This document shows positions 17,372-25,369 of a stretch of 25,369 bases of DNA, in pieces. Origin of the DNA: Chitinivibrionales bacterium. GTDB taxonomy: Bacteria > Fibrobacterota > Chitinivibrionia > Chitinivibrionales > WJKA01. The DNA lies in NCBI GenBank assembly GCA_038247415.1, contig JBBRUX010000052.1:1-25369 (forward strand), written 5' to 3'. The notes beneath the pieces were generated by a model, which searched no databases, was not told where the DNA came from, and saw only the letters and a list, made by a program, of their open reading frames with translations. A program made the translations under genes and the position numbers. Position 1 is the first letter of the stretch. Each line of letters begins with the position of its first letter.

Positions 17372-17983
17372 ATGAGAAAGTCGTTTTTGGTGATGATGGT
17401 TATATTTTTGTCTGCTGGAGCTGCGTATTCTGCTGATTTATCTATGGTGTGTCTTAAAACTTCCATAGATAGCATCTTGGGTTCCTCTACTACCATAGAT
17501 ACTGCAGGATTGCCTAAATTGTCAGCAACTGGAACCTGTGATTCGGTGACGCTTTATTATGACACGATCAAGTTTACTCAAAAAATAGCTATTCCAATTT
17601 TAGTTGCCAAAAAGCTATCTCCCTGCAGCTTGAAAATTACGATTGTTCTTTCGTCAAAAGATTCTGTGTATGATGTATGTGGCATATCATCAATCCGTTC
17701 ATTCCAAAGCACTGCAAGGGCTACTCTTGGTCAAGCAGCATTTAGTGCAACGCAGCAGGGAAACAAAATTGTTGTTGTATGGAACTCTGCAAACATGGGT
17801 AGTGTCGCAGATGTAACTATATTGACAATGCGTGGAGAAGCTGTTGCTACTTCTTATGCTGTAAAGTCTGGATCCACACTTTCTCTCGATAAAACGACAG
17901 CATTTTTTCGCTCTGGCCAGTATCAGGTACTTTTGAAATGTGCTGGCAGTTTGTATAGTCAACCAATCATGGTAATTCGTTAA
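17372..17983 (+). CDS. Secreted protein with T9SS type-A-like C-terminal sorting domain
   Basis: Signal peptide MRKSFLVMMVIFLSAGAAYSA. C-terminal ..ADVTILTMRGEAV..SGQYQVLLK..SQPIMVIR pattern resembles Por/T9SS CTDs. GGGG RBS. Confidence 0.65.
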   Translation: MRKSFLVMMVIFLSAGAAYSADLSMVCLKTSIDSILGSSTTIDTAGLPKLSATGTCDSVTLYYDTIKFTQKIAIPILVAKKLSPCSLKITIVLSSKDSVYDVCGISSIRSFQSTARATLGQAAFSATQQGNKIVVVWNSANMGSVADVTILTMRGEAVATSYAVKSGSTLSLDKTTAFFRSGQYQVLLKCAGSLYSQPIMVIR

Positions 17984-18034
17984 GGTTCTAAGCTTCCTTA
18001 AAAGCGAAGAAAAATCAATGGCGTAGAATGACTT

Positions 18035-18670
18035 TTAAGCCTTGGATTGCATAAGCAGTTCAAGGCTTTGTTTTAGAATATCCCCGGGATTTTTAGCGCG
18101 GTTGATTTGCCGAACCATGCAAACATTAATTGCGCCTGCACTAAGAACATCCCTGATATTGATAAGATCGATTCCTCCAATTGCTACAGAGGGAACTGTT
18201 GACACTGCAAGTTGAGCCGCAAGCCCGGCAAGGCCAATCGCTGGATCTGCACATTTTTTTGTTGGGGTAGGGTATACCGGACCAATACCTATATAATCTG
18301 GTTTTAAGCTACATGCATCAATTGTTTGCTGCGGATTATGCGTAGAGATGCCAATAATCATATCCTTTCCCACAAGAGCTCGTGCTTCTGCATATCCCGT
18401 GTCATCTTGACCAATATGAATGCCATCGGCGTTGGCTGCAATAGCAAGCGTAGGGTCGTCATTGATAATAAAAAGGGTTTTTGATCCTTGGGTAATTGAT
18501 GTGATATTTTTTGCCGTCCTCAGTATTTGCTCGGAAGAAACATCTTTCATCCGCAATTGGAGAAATGGGATAGTGTGCTCAACAATACATTCTGCAAGTG
18601 TTTCGTAGCCAAGAATTGGGTCTGTTAAAATTGCATAGAGGCCAAAATGAAAAGGAATTAGCGGGCGCAT
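18035..18670 (-). CDS. thiE: Thiamine-phosphate synthase
   Basis: LYAILT, LQLRMK, FIINDD, ADGIHIGQDD, IIGISTHN, DYIGIGPVYPTPTK and VAIGGID motifs. Confidence 0.95.
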   Translation of the reverse strand: MRPLIPFHFGLYAILTDPILGYETLAECIVEHTIPFLQLRMKDVSSEQILRTAKNITSITQGSKTLFIINDDPTLAIAANADGIHIGQDDTGYAEARALVGKDMIIGISTHNPQQTIDACSLKPDYIGIGPVYPTPTKKCADPAIGLAGLAAQLAVSTVPSVAIGGIDLINIRDVLSAGAINVCMVRQINRAKNPGDILKQSLELLMQSKA

Positions 18671-18846
18671 TTTGAATCCTGATTTCTACAATTGAATGGA
18701 TGGTTTGTGGTCTTAGTGTTGTGTTTGTCTGTCTTTGTTGTGGTCGTTATATTTAAAAATAAGTTGGATGATGGGGTAAAGGTAGGTTTTTTAGGTGAGA
18801 TTTCTTTTTTAAGGGGAATACAATAAGGAAAGTAAGATAAGATTTT

Positions 18847-18978
18847 GGGCGTATCGGCTTCGCCGTCGGGCCTTCTCCATGCTCTCGCTTCGCGAGCCGG
18901 TACAAAAATCCTTGCAGCGCAAAGCGCCTGAGTCTTTTTGCACTGCCGTTTCCCCCAGCACATTCCTCCTAATGCCCG
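18847..18978. repeat. GC-rich nested-palindrome element (REP/MITE-like) in AT-rich intergenic DNA
   Basis: Hairpins CGGC-TTC-GCCG (18855-18865) and CTCGC-TTC-GCGAG (18884-18896). GTACAAAAA/TTTTTGCAC (18900-18943) encloses GCGC-AAA-GCGC. Outer CGGG (18867)/CCCG (18975). Confidence 0.6.
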
Positions 18979-19149
18979 TGTGTTTACAAAAGAGGGGCTA
19001 GCTCTTATACGAATCATTGTTTTTTAATCGTTTCGATTATGTATATTTAGAGAGCACTCATGTATATGTTGCTTGAAATACTGAATTTATGGTAAACTCT
19101 TGATATATTCTTTATTTCCAATTTTTAATGTCTTAAGAAAGGTTTAAGT

Positions 19150-19320
19150 ATGTGTCATTACTCTAAAAAACACTCCTGGTACTGGTTCGCGATTTGGGCA
19201 ATTGTTTTTGCTGGAGTCGTTTATACTGCAGCACGCCTCTTTTTGTACTTTGTAAACAAAGACCACAACCGGATCCATAAACGCAAAGTTGCCGAAAGTG
19301 GTGAAGAATTATTTATTTAA
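19150..19320 (+). CDS. Small single-pass membrane protein (56 aa), below the ORF-track cutoff
   Basis: MCHYSKKHSWYWFAIWAIVFAGVVYTAARLFLYFVNKDHNRIHKRKVAESGEELFI*. AGAAAGGT RBS 6 nt upstream. One TM helix followed by a charged tail. Confidence 0.65.
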   Translation: MCHYSKKHSWYWFAIWAIVFAGVVYTAARLFLYFVNKDHNRIHKRKVAESGEELFI

Positions 19321-19379
19321 TTGATGTGAGAATGGTGCGCATTACGATTGATACCGTATACGTGTGAGGTAGTTGTATC

Positions 19380-20246
19380 ATGCGGCAAAAACGTAAGATC
19401 CACGAGAGAATCAGCACACTTACGTCTTTGCCTTCGTTTCCTGTGGTAGCACATCGATTGCTTTCGCTGTGTTCCGATTTGTCTACCTGCGCAGCTTCCG
19501 ACGTAGCCCTATTGCTCAGTGGCGATCCTTCCCTTACGGTGCGTGTTTTGCGTTTGGCAAATAGCGCCTATTATGCTCCCGCATTTCCAATTACAACGCT
19601 TACGCAGGCTGTGGTGATAGTAGGCACACGTGTTATTAGCACTATGGTTCTTGCAATGTCGGTCTTTGATCTCTTCCCGAGCGCCAAGAATACTCAGGTT
19701 TTTGATCGAGATGCATTTTGGCGTCATTGTCTTGCATGTGGGGTTATTGGAAAATTATTGCTTTTAGAGAATTCAAAAAAACCTTCAATAGATCCCGAAA
19801 CAGCATTTTGCGCTGGGCTTTTGCACGATATCGGTACGATAGTGCTCGAACAGTATATGCATGAAGATTACATGCAAACGTGTACCTATGCGAAAGAGCA
19901 TGGGTACGCATTGTATGAAGCGGAACAAAAGGTTCTTGGGTTTACCCATTGCGATGTAGCCGCATGGCTCACTGAAACGTGGGATCTGCCTCAATCGCTC
20001 TGCGCGCCAGCCACATGGCATCACGATCCTTTACGTGATACGATATTTCCAGAAATTACGCGGATATGCCATTATGCCGATTGGGTGCATCGGGAGAGTA
20101 TCCATAAAATAAACCCAGATACCGTGTTGCCTCATGTAGATCCTACGTGTATATCAAGCCTTGGGGTATCAGAAGAGGCCCTTGAAAGAGTGCGCGCTGC
20201 ATGGCCTGGAATGGTGAATGAGCTTGCAAACGCCTACCTTACCTAA
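19380..20246 (+). CDS. HDOD domain signal-transduction protein
   Basis: LPSFPVVA, DPSLTVRVLRLANSAYY, FWRHCL, AFCAGLLHDIG and EQKVLGFTH..W.LP..WHHDP motifs. Confidence 0.93.
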   Translation: MRQKRKIHERISTLTSLPSFPVVAHRLLSLCSDLSTCAASDVALLLSGDPSLTVRVLRLANSAYYAPAFPITTLTQAVVIVGTRVISTMVLAMSVFDLFPSAKNTQVFDRDAFWRHCLACGVIGKLLLLENSKKPSIDPETAFCAGLLHDIGTIVLEQYMHEDYMQTCTYAKEHGYALYEAEQKVLGFTHCDVAAWLTETWDLPQSLCAPATWHHDPLRDTIFPEITRICHYADWVHRESIHKINPDTVLPHVDPTCISSLGVSEEALERVRAAWPGMVNELANAYLT

Positions 20247-20263
20247 GAGGATGCTTCATAAAT

Positions 20264-20292
20264 AAAAAAAGGCCGGAGACTAGTCTCCGGCC
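20264..20292 (-). terminator. Intrinsic terminator of the acc/carboxyltransferase operon, possibly bidirectional
   Basis: Perfect palindrome GGCCGGAGACTAGTCTCCGGCC (20271-20292) followed on the minus strand by T7. Lies between convergent genes. Confidence 0.85.
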
Positions 20293-20322
20293 CTCCTGTT
20301 ATTACTTCTAAAAGTAAATTAC

Positions 20323-22338
20323 CTATACTTCTTCGATTGCAACAAGCGGCTGACCTTTTGATAAGCTTTCGCCGTCTTTTGCCAGAAACTTGATAATTTT
20401 GCAGTTGCAGGGAGCTTCAATCTCGTTAAAGAGTTTCATAGCTTCTACAATGCAAACTTTATCTCCCTTTTTAACGATAGCACCTTCTTGCGTAAGCTTT
20501 GGTTTGCCAGGACCACCAGTAGTATAAAAAGTGCCAACGAGCGGAGCATCGATAGTTTTAGAATAGGTGGGTGCAACGGGTGCCGAAGGCGTCGCAACTG
20601 GTGCAACCGGCGCTACTGTTGCTACAACAGCAGCAGATTCAACGGGCGCTGCTACAGGTGGCAAAGGAGCCATGACGCTTGCCATGCTTGTCTGTGTGCT
20701 GCTTCCACTTGCGGAAAGAGCAATAACAAAATCTCCTTTGCGGATAGAGATCTCATTAATTGCAATTCCAGAAGCACTTGCGAGCATCTGGCTAATACCT
20801 CTATAATCTTCGGCAGAGAGCAAACGAGACGCTGCGTCGATAGTAGTTTGGACGGGTACTGGCGCAGATGCGGGAGCCACCGCAGGTGTAGGTGTTGCTG
20901 CAGATGCGGGCTGATTTTTCTTCTGCTCGAGATCTGCAGGAATAGGAGGCCTATCGGCCGGAGCAAGCACACGCCACTGAAAAAAATCTGTTGCCGGTTG
21001 AGGATACATGATGAAAGAAATGATATCTTCTTCATGATTGATAAGCTTTGGATCTAACCCATCTGTTGCATTGGGCAACATGGGTTTGAAATCGTCGGCT
21101 GGACGATGCGTAATAGGCGTTTCGTCTCCAAGAATTTTCTTGACGAATGCAGGATCGACCGGCGCAGGTGAACGACCATACAATCCGCGCAGATAATCTT
21201 TAACTTCGTTAGGAACCATTTTGTAACGCTCACCCGCCAAAACATTCATAACTGCCTGGGTACCAACAATTTGACTTGTAGGAGTAACAAGCGGAGGGTA
21301 TCCAAGGTCTTTACGAACTGCGCTTACTTCATCGAGAGCCAAGGGAAGCTTATCGAGCGCGTTCTGATTAGAAAGCTGCGATTTGAAGTTTGAAATCATT
21401 CCGCCAGGTATCTGGTGAATGAGAATACCAGGATCGATAACAGGCTGAATTGAATGATCCTGTCGGCGTTTTGGTGCCAGTTCGGTAAAATATTTATTGA
21501 CACGTGCAAGTGCTTCCATGTCGAGATTGGGATGGTACTCGGTATCGGCAAAAATTGCAGCTACTGTTTCGACGGGTGGCTGCGACGATGTACCTGCCAT
21601 CGAGGATACCGCGCAGTCGACTGCACCAGCACCAGCGCGAACACCATCAACATAGGTTGAGGTTCCCATGCCACTTGACGCATGGCAATGAAGCTGAATA
21701 GGCACGTTCACAGCCTTGATAAGTGCGGTAACAAGACGTTCCGACTCGATGGGCGAAAGAATTCCGGCCATATCTTTGACGCAAATTGAATCGATGCCTA
21801 AAGCTGCTTGTTCACGAGCATATTCGACAAATTTATCGATTGTATGAACAGGGCTTGTTGTGTAGCAGAGTGTACCTTGAGCGTGTCCGCCATACTTTTT
21901 AACGGCCTTAATGGCTGCTTCAAGATTGCGGGTATCGTTAAGTGCATCAAAGATACGGAAAATATCCATACCATTTTCACAGGCTAACGCAACAAATCGG
22001 TCGACAACATCATCTGCGTAATGACGATAGCCAACGAGGTTCTGGCCTCGTAGGAGCATTTGCAGGGGAGTGTTTTTTGCTTTGGATTTGATAAGCCGAA
22101 GCCGTTCCCATGGATTCTCTCTGAGAAATCTCAGACAGGTATCAAAGGTTGCGCCGCCCCAGCATTCGAGAGAATAGTATCCAACTTTGTCAACAACATC
22201 GATAATACCCATAATGTCTTCGGTACGCATACGGGTAGCCCACAGTGATTGATGTGCATCGCGCAGCGTAGTATCGGTGATGCGCAACGGTATGGTATGA
22301 AGGCTTTCTTCGTGCTTTTCCTTAGGAGATTTGGCCAT
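20323..22338 (-). CDS. Pyruvate/oxaloacetate carboxyltransferase (PycB/OadA/transcarboxylase-5S type) fused to a full AccB-type biotin carboxyl carrier (671 aa)
   Basis: Start ATG at 22338 (MAKSPK) after AAAGGA. DTTLRDAHQSL, ECWGGATFD, CVKDMAG, LHCH, IPGGMISN and GYPPLVTPTSQIVG motifs. The last ~166 aa have an AccB-like N-terminal segment (INEISIRKGDFVIALS), a Pro/Ala linker and APLVGTFY..GPGKP..VKKGDKVCIVEAMKLFNEIEA. Confidence 0.92.
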   Translation of the reverse strand: MAKSPKEKHEESLHTIPLRITDTTLRDAHQSLWATRMRTEDIMGIIDVVDKVGYYSLECWGGATFDTCLRFLRENPWERLRLIKSKAKNTPLQMLLRGQNLVGYRHYADDVVDRFVALACENGMDIFRIFDALNDTRNLEAAIKAVKKYGGHAQGTLCYTTSPVHTIDKFVEYAREQAALGIDSICVKDMAGILSPIESERLVTALIKAVNVPIQLHCHASSGMGTSTYVDGVRAGAGAVDCAVSSMAGTSSQPPVETVAAIFADTEYHPNLDMEALARVNKYFTELAPKRRQDHSIQPVIDPGILIHQIPGGMISNFKSQLSNQNALDKLPLALDEVSAVRKDLGYPPLVTPTSQIVGTQAVMNVLAGERYKMVPNEVKDYLRGLYGRSPAPVDPAFVKKILGDETPITHRPADDFKPMLPNATDGLDPKLINHEEDIISFIMYPQPATDFFQWRVLAPADRPPIPADLEQKKNQPASAATPTPAVAPASAPVPVQTTIDAASRLLSAEDYRGISQMLASASGIAINEISIRKGDFVIALSASGSSTQTSMASVMAPLPPVAAPVESAAVVATVAPVAPVATPSAPVAPTYSKTIDAPLVGTFYTTGGPGKPKLTQEGAIVKKGDKVCIVEAMKLFNEIEAPCNCKIIKFLAKDGESLSKGQPLVAIEEV

Positions 22339-22366
22339 TGTCGGTCCTTTCGTCACAATCGGTTTC

Positions 22367-23320
22367 TTATTGTGTAAAAACGCCCATTTTAGCAAATTTT
22401 TCAAAACGTTTATCGAGAAGCTTTGCAGTGTCCAGTACCGTTAACTTTTTAAGGTTGCGTAGAATCGATTCCTTGACATTTGCAATTGTTTCAGCGTAGT
22501 TTTTATGAGCTCCGCCAAGTGGTTCAGGAATGATTTCATCAATGATACCAAGTTCCAAAAGCTCTGGAGCGGTGATCTTGAGTGCTTGGGCAGCAATAGG
22601 AGCGTTTGCTCCATCACGCCATAAAATTGCCGCACAACCTTCTGGAGAAATAACAGAATATACAGAATAGCGAAGCATACAAATACTATCACCAACACCA
22701 ATCCCCAGTGCTCCACCACTGCCGCCTTCTCCTGCAACAATACAAATAATAGGAACGGTGAGTCGTGCCATTTCGGTAAGGTTACGGGCTATCGCCTCTG
22801 CCTGCCCGCGTTCTTCTGCGTCAAGGCCAGGATAGGCGCCTTGAGTATCGATAAGAGAAATAACTGGCAGATTATATTTTTCGGCAATTTTCATCAGGCG
22901 CAAAGCTTTGCGATATCCTTCGGGCTTGGCTTGGCCAAAATTTCTCTCGGCATTTTCTTTTATGTTTTTGCCCTTATTGTGACCAATAATCATAACTTTC
23001 TGGTCGCCAATAGTTGCAAATCCTCCAATAAGAGCTGCATCATCACCAAACCGTCGATCTCCGTGGAGTTCAAAAAAATCGGTGCACAAGAGCGAAATGT
23101 AATCTTGAAGAATTGGGCGCTTTGGGCTACGGGCGATTTGTACAGTTTGCCAAGGGGTAAGCGATGAGTAGATACGTTCTTTGTGTTCGTCGCATCGCGC
23201 TTGAAGCTCAATAATTTGACCGCTGAAATCCCCTTTGTTTTCGGCCGAAAGCTTGCGAAGCTTTTCGATCATTTCTTCTATTTCTACAACGGGTTTTTCG
23301 AAGTCCAATCCGATTTCCAT
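22367..23320 (-). CDS. accA: Acetyl-CoA carboxylase carboxyltransferase alpha subunit
   Basis: LDFEKP, LTPWQTVQIAR, FFELHGDRRFGDD, PEGYRKALRLM, AEERGQAEAIARNL, GEGGSGGALG and YSVISPEGCAAILW motifs. Confidence 0.97.
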   Translation of the reverse strand: MEIGLDFEKPVVEIEEMIEKLRKLSAENKGDFSGQIIELQARCDEHKERIYSSLTPWQTVQIARSPKRPILQDYISLLCTDFFELHGDRRFGDDAALIGGFATIGDQKVMIIGHNKGKNIKENAERNFGQAKPEGYRKALRLMKIAEKYNLPVISLIDTQGAYPGLDAEERGQAEAIARNLTEMARLTVPIICIVAGEGGSGGALGIGVGDSICMLRYSVYSVISPEGCAAILWRDGANAPIAAQALKITAPELLELGIIDEIIPEPLGGAHKNYAETIANVKESILRNLKKLTVLDTAKLLDKRFEKFAKMGVFTQ

Positions 23321-23344
23321 ATTAGTATTCCTTGTGAAGGAGGT

Positions 23345-24175
23345 TTATTTCCGAATGTAATAGGAAAGAATTAATGCCAATTTTTGGCGTAATTCAGATC
23401 TTGGAACAATTGCATCAACAAAACCGTGTTCCAGAAGATACTCTGATGTTTGAAAATTTTCGGGTAATTTTTGCTTGATTGTTGTTTCGATAACCCGACG
23501 TCCTGCAAAGCCGATAAGTGCTCCAGGTTCAGCAAGATTGATATCTCCTACAGTTGCAAAACTTGCAGAAACACCGCCGGTTGTTGGATCGGTGAGCACA
23601 GATATATAAGGAAGTTTTTTATCATCGAGTTTTGCAATTCCTGCGCATGTTTTTGCCATTTGCATGAGGGAAAGAATTCCTTCGTGCATGCGGGCGCCAC
23701 CAGAGGCAGAAAAAATGATGTAGGGAAGATTGTTTTTAAGGGCATACAATCCACCTTGTAAGATTTTTTCCCCGGTACCGCTTCCAAGGCTACCACCAAG
23801 AAATCTAAAATCCATTACAGAAAGCGAAACCGCAATGCCATTAATGGTACCGTAGCCTGTGACCACTGAATCGTTAAGTTTTGTCTTAATTTTTGTTTCG
23901 ACAATGCGGTCGGCATAGCTGCCTTTGCTATCTACAAAAGAGAGCGGATCGGCAGGGCTAATATTTCCAAAAAGTTCGTTAAATGATCCGCTGTCAAGAA
24001 TTTGGCCTATACGTTCGTAGGCGCCAAGACGGCTATGAAAATTGCATTTAGGACAAACTTTAAGATTGTGATTCCAGTCTTCTTTGAAAATGTGGGCTTT
24101 GCACTTATCGCAAACAGTCCAGATTTCATCACGGGCCGTCTGATTTTTATCGCTTTTTTTAGTAAACCATCCCAT
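23345..24175 (-). CDS. accD: Acetyl-CoA carboxylase carboxyltransferase beta subunit
   Basis: Zn finger CDKC..CPKC. MDFRFLGGSLG, SASGGARMHEG..SLMQMAK, DPTTGGVSASFA, IGFAGRRVI and FQTSEYLLEHG motifs. Confidence 0.97.
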   Translation of the reverse strand: MGWFTKKSDKNQTARDEIWTVCDKCKAHIFKEDWNHNLKVCPKCNFHSRLGAYERIGQILDSGSFNELFGNISPADPLSFVDSKGSYADRIVETKIKTKLNDSVVTGYGTINGIAVSLSVMDFRFLGGSLGSGTGEKILQGGLYALKNNLPYIIFSASGGARMHEGILSLMQMAKTCAGIAKLDDKKLPYISVLTDPTTGGVSASFATVGDINLAEPGALIGFAGRRVIETTIKQKLPENFQTSEYLLEHGFVDAIVPRSELRQKLALILSYYIRK

Positions 24176-24265
24176 GGATTATCCTTTGCTAAGTTTCATT
24201 GCGCAGGCGAGAAATTTTTAGACTTTTAGAATATCAAAATATCTAAAAATAGCTCGCATTCTCTT

Positions 24266-24300
24266 AAAGAAAACGCGAAGGAGAGCTCTTTCGCGTTTTT
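24266..24300 (-). terminator. Probable intrinsic terminator after pckG
   Basis: Minus strand AAAAACGCGAA-AGAGCTCTCC-TTCGCGTTTTCTTT, starting 11 nt after the pckG stop. Confidence 0.7.
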
Positions 24301-24311
24301 ATACCGAGGGT

Positions 24312-25369
24312 TTATCCCAAGCGTTTTTCGAGGATTGCCAATTCATCCCTCAATGCCTTGGGCATACGATCACCAAAATTTGCATAATGATCTTTAACTG
24401 AAGCTAATTCAGATTGCCATTCGGTCTTATTAATTTTGAGGAGTTCTGCCATATCTTCCTGCGATACTCCAGCAGGACGATCGATAGCATCGATGGTAGG
24501 CATGAAACCGATTTCGGTATCGACTGCTTTTCCTTTTCCATCGGTACGTTCGAAAATCCATTTGAGAACACGGCTGTTTTCGCCGTATCCAGGCCAGAGC
24601 CATTTGCCTTCGGGTGTTTTACGGAACCAGTTGACAAAAAACATTTTAGGCAGCTTGTCGGCTGTAGACTTTGTTCCCATGTTGATCCAATGTGCAAAAT
24701 AATCTCCCATATGGTAACCACAGAAGGGGAGCATTGCAAACGGGTCGCGACGAACAGTGCCTGCCTTAAGGTCAAGTGCAGCAGCGGTTACTTCAGATCC
24801 AACGATGGATCCCATGAAAACACCATGATTCCAGCTGCGTGCTTCGTGCACCAGAGGAATTGTGCTTGGACGACGACCACCAAAGAGAATTGCACTGATT
24901 GGAACGCCTTTAGGATCTTCCCATTCTGGAGCAACCGCAGGGCATTGATGTGCTGGTGCTGTAAAGCGAGCATTGGCGTGGGCTGCAATGTTTTCAGCTT
25001 TTTTCTCGGGGTTGCGATCCCATTCTTTGCCTTTCCAATCGATAATTTTACCCTTGGGAGCATCGTATCCGATACCTTCCCACCAGACATCTCCGTCTTC
25101 GGTGAGAGCCACATTGGTAAAAATAGTATTCTTTTCAATTGACTTCATGGCATTTGGATTAGATTCCATTGATGTTCCTGGTGCAACGCCAAAGAAACCG
25201 GCTTCTGGATTGATTGCATACAAACGACCATCTGCACCAAATTTCATCCATGCAATGTCGTCACCAACTGTTTCAACTTTCCAGCCAGGAATTGTTGGAA
25301 CAAGCATGGCTAGGTTTGTTTTTCCGCAAGCCGAGGGGAATGCAGCTGCTACATACTTTTTATCGCCAG
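24312..25369 (-). CDS. pckG: GTP-dependent phosphoenolpyruvate carboxykinase, 5'-truncated by the window edge
   Basis: Frame is open to the window end: [15 protein letters not shown] (P-loop), [48 protein letters not shown] and [17 protein letters not shown]. Confidence 0.97.
   Translation of the reverse strand, partial: GDKKYVAAAFPSACGKTNLAMLVPTIPGWKVETVGDDIAWMKFGADGRLYAINPEAGFFGVAPGTSMESNPNAMKSIEKNTIFTNVALTEDGDVWWEGIGYDAPKGKIIDWKGKEWDRNPEKKAENIAAHANARFTAPAHQCPAVAPEWEDPKGVPISAILFGGRRPSTIPLVHEARSWNHGVFMGSIVGSEVTAAALDLKAGTVRRDPFAMLPFCGYHMGDYFAHWINMGTKSTADKLPKMFFVNWFRKTPEGKWLWPGYGENSRVLKWIFERTDGKGKAVDTEIGFMPTIDAIDRPAGVSQEDMAELLKINKTEWQSELASVKDHYANFGDRMPKALRDELAILEKRLG

Noticed and set aside
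18671..19020. TPP riboswitch upstream of thiE; ORF 18658..19017
   Set aside because: No CTGAGA or CCTGA..TAAT..CGxAGG TPP core on the minus strand. The ORF is low-complexity and runs through the palindromic element.
20560..20910. Imperfect repeats (GGTGCAAC etc.) in the fusion gene
   Set aside because: Explained by Pro/Ala/Val-rich linker codons. Not a CRISPR or DNA-level repeat array.
22339..22404. ORF-track N-terminal extension of the carboxyltransferase overlapping accA
   Set aside because: The ATG at 22338 has a good RBS and avoids the overlap.
24414..25142. Long antisense ORFs (e.g. 24414..25142, 1918..2556, 20488..21057, 4950..5480)
   Set aside because: Shadow frames opposite well-supported genes, with no recognisable motifs.

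Overview
Bacterial chromosomal window, possibly from an anaerobe of the Fibrobacterota/FCB group (weak inference from a T9SS-like C-terminal domain). A tmRNA gene (ssrA, 15319-15664, minus strand, tag ANEPSYAMAA) divides it in two. The left part looks accessory. It holds an IS3 remnant, a metal/redox cluster (CorC/HlyC, an exported thioredoxin-cupredoxin-rhodanese fusion, a ZIP transporter) and an oadGAB Na+-pumping decarboxylase. It also holds a salt/osmotic-stress operon (membrane protein, nhaD, GH15 trehalase-like enzyme, TPS/TPP fusion) led by a sigma70 promoter and a candidate nhaA-I (Li+-responsive) riboswitch. ORF6N and GIY-YIG remnants and REP-like palindromes abut the tmRNA 3' end. 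The right part looks like core genome: two secreted proteins, thiE, an unannotated 56-aa membrane protein, an HDOD protein, and pckG followed by accD-accA and a pyruvate carboxyltransferase fused to a complete AccB-type biotin carrier. That cluster has no biotin carboxylase (accC). It is the best candidate for a new system: a putative ATP-independent oxaloacetate:acetyl-CoA transcarboxylase making malonyl-CoA, possibly fed by PEPCK. Family assignments come from motif recognition, not database searches.
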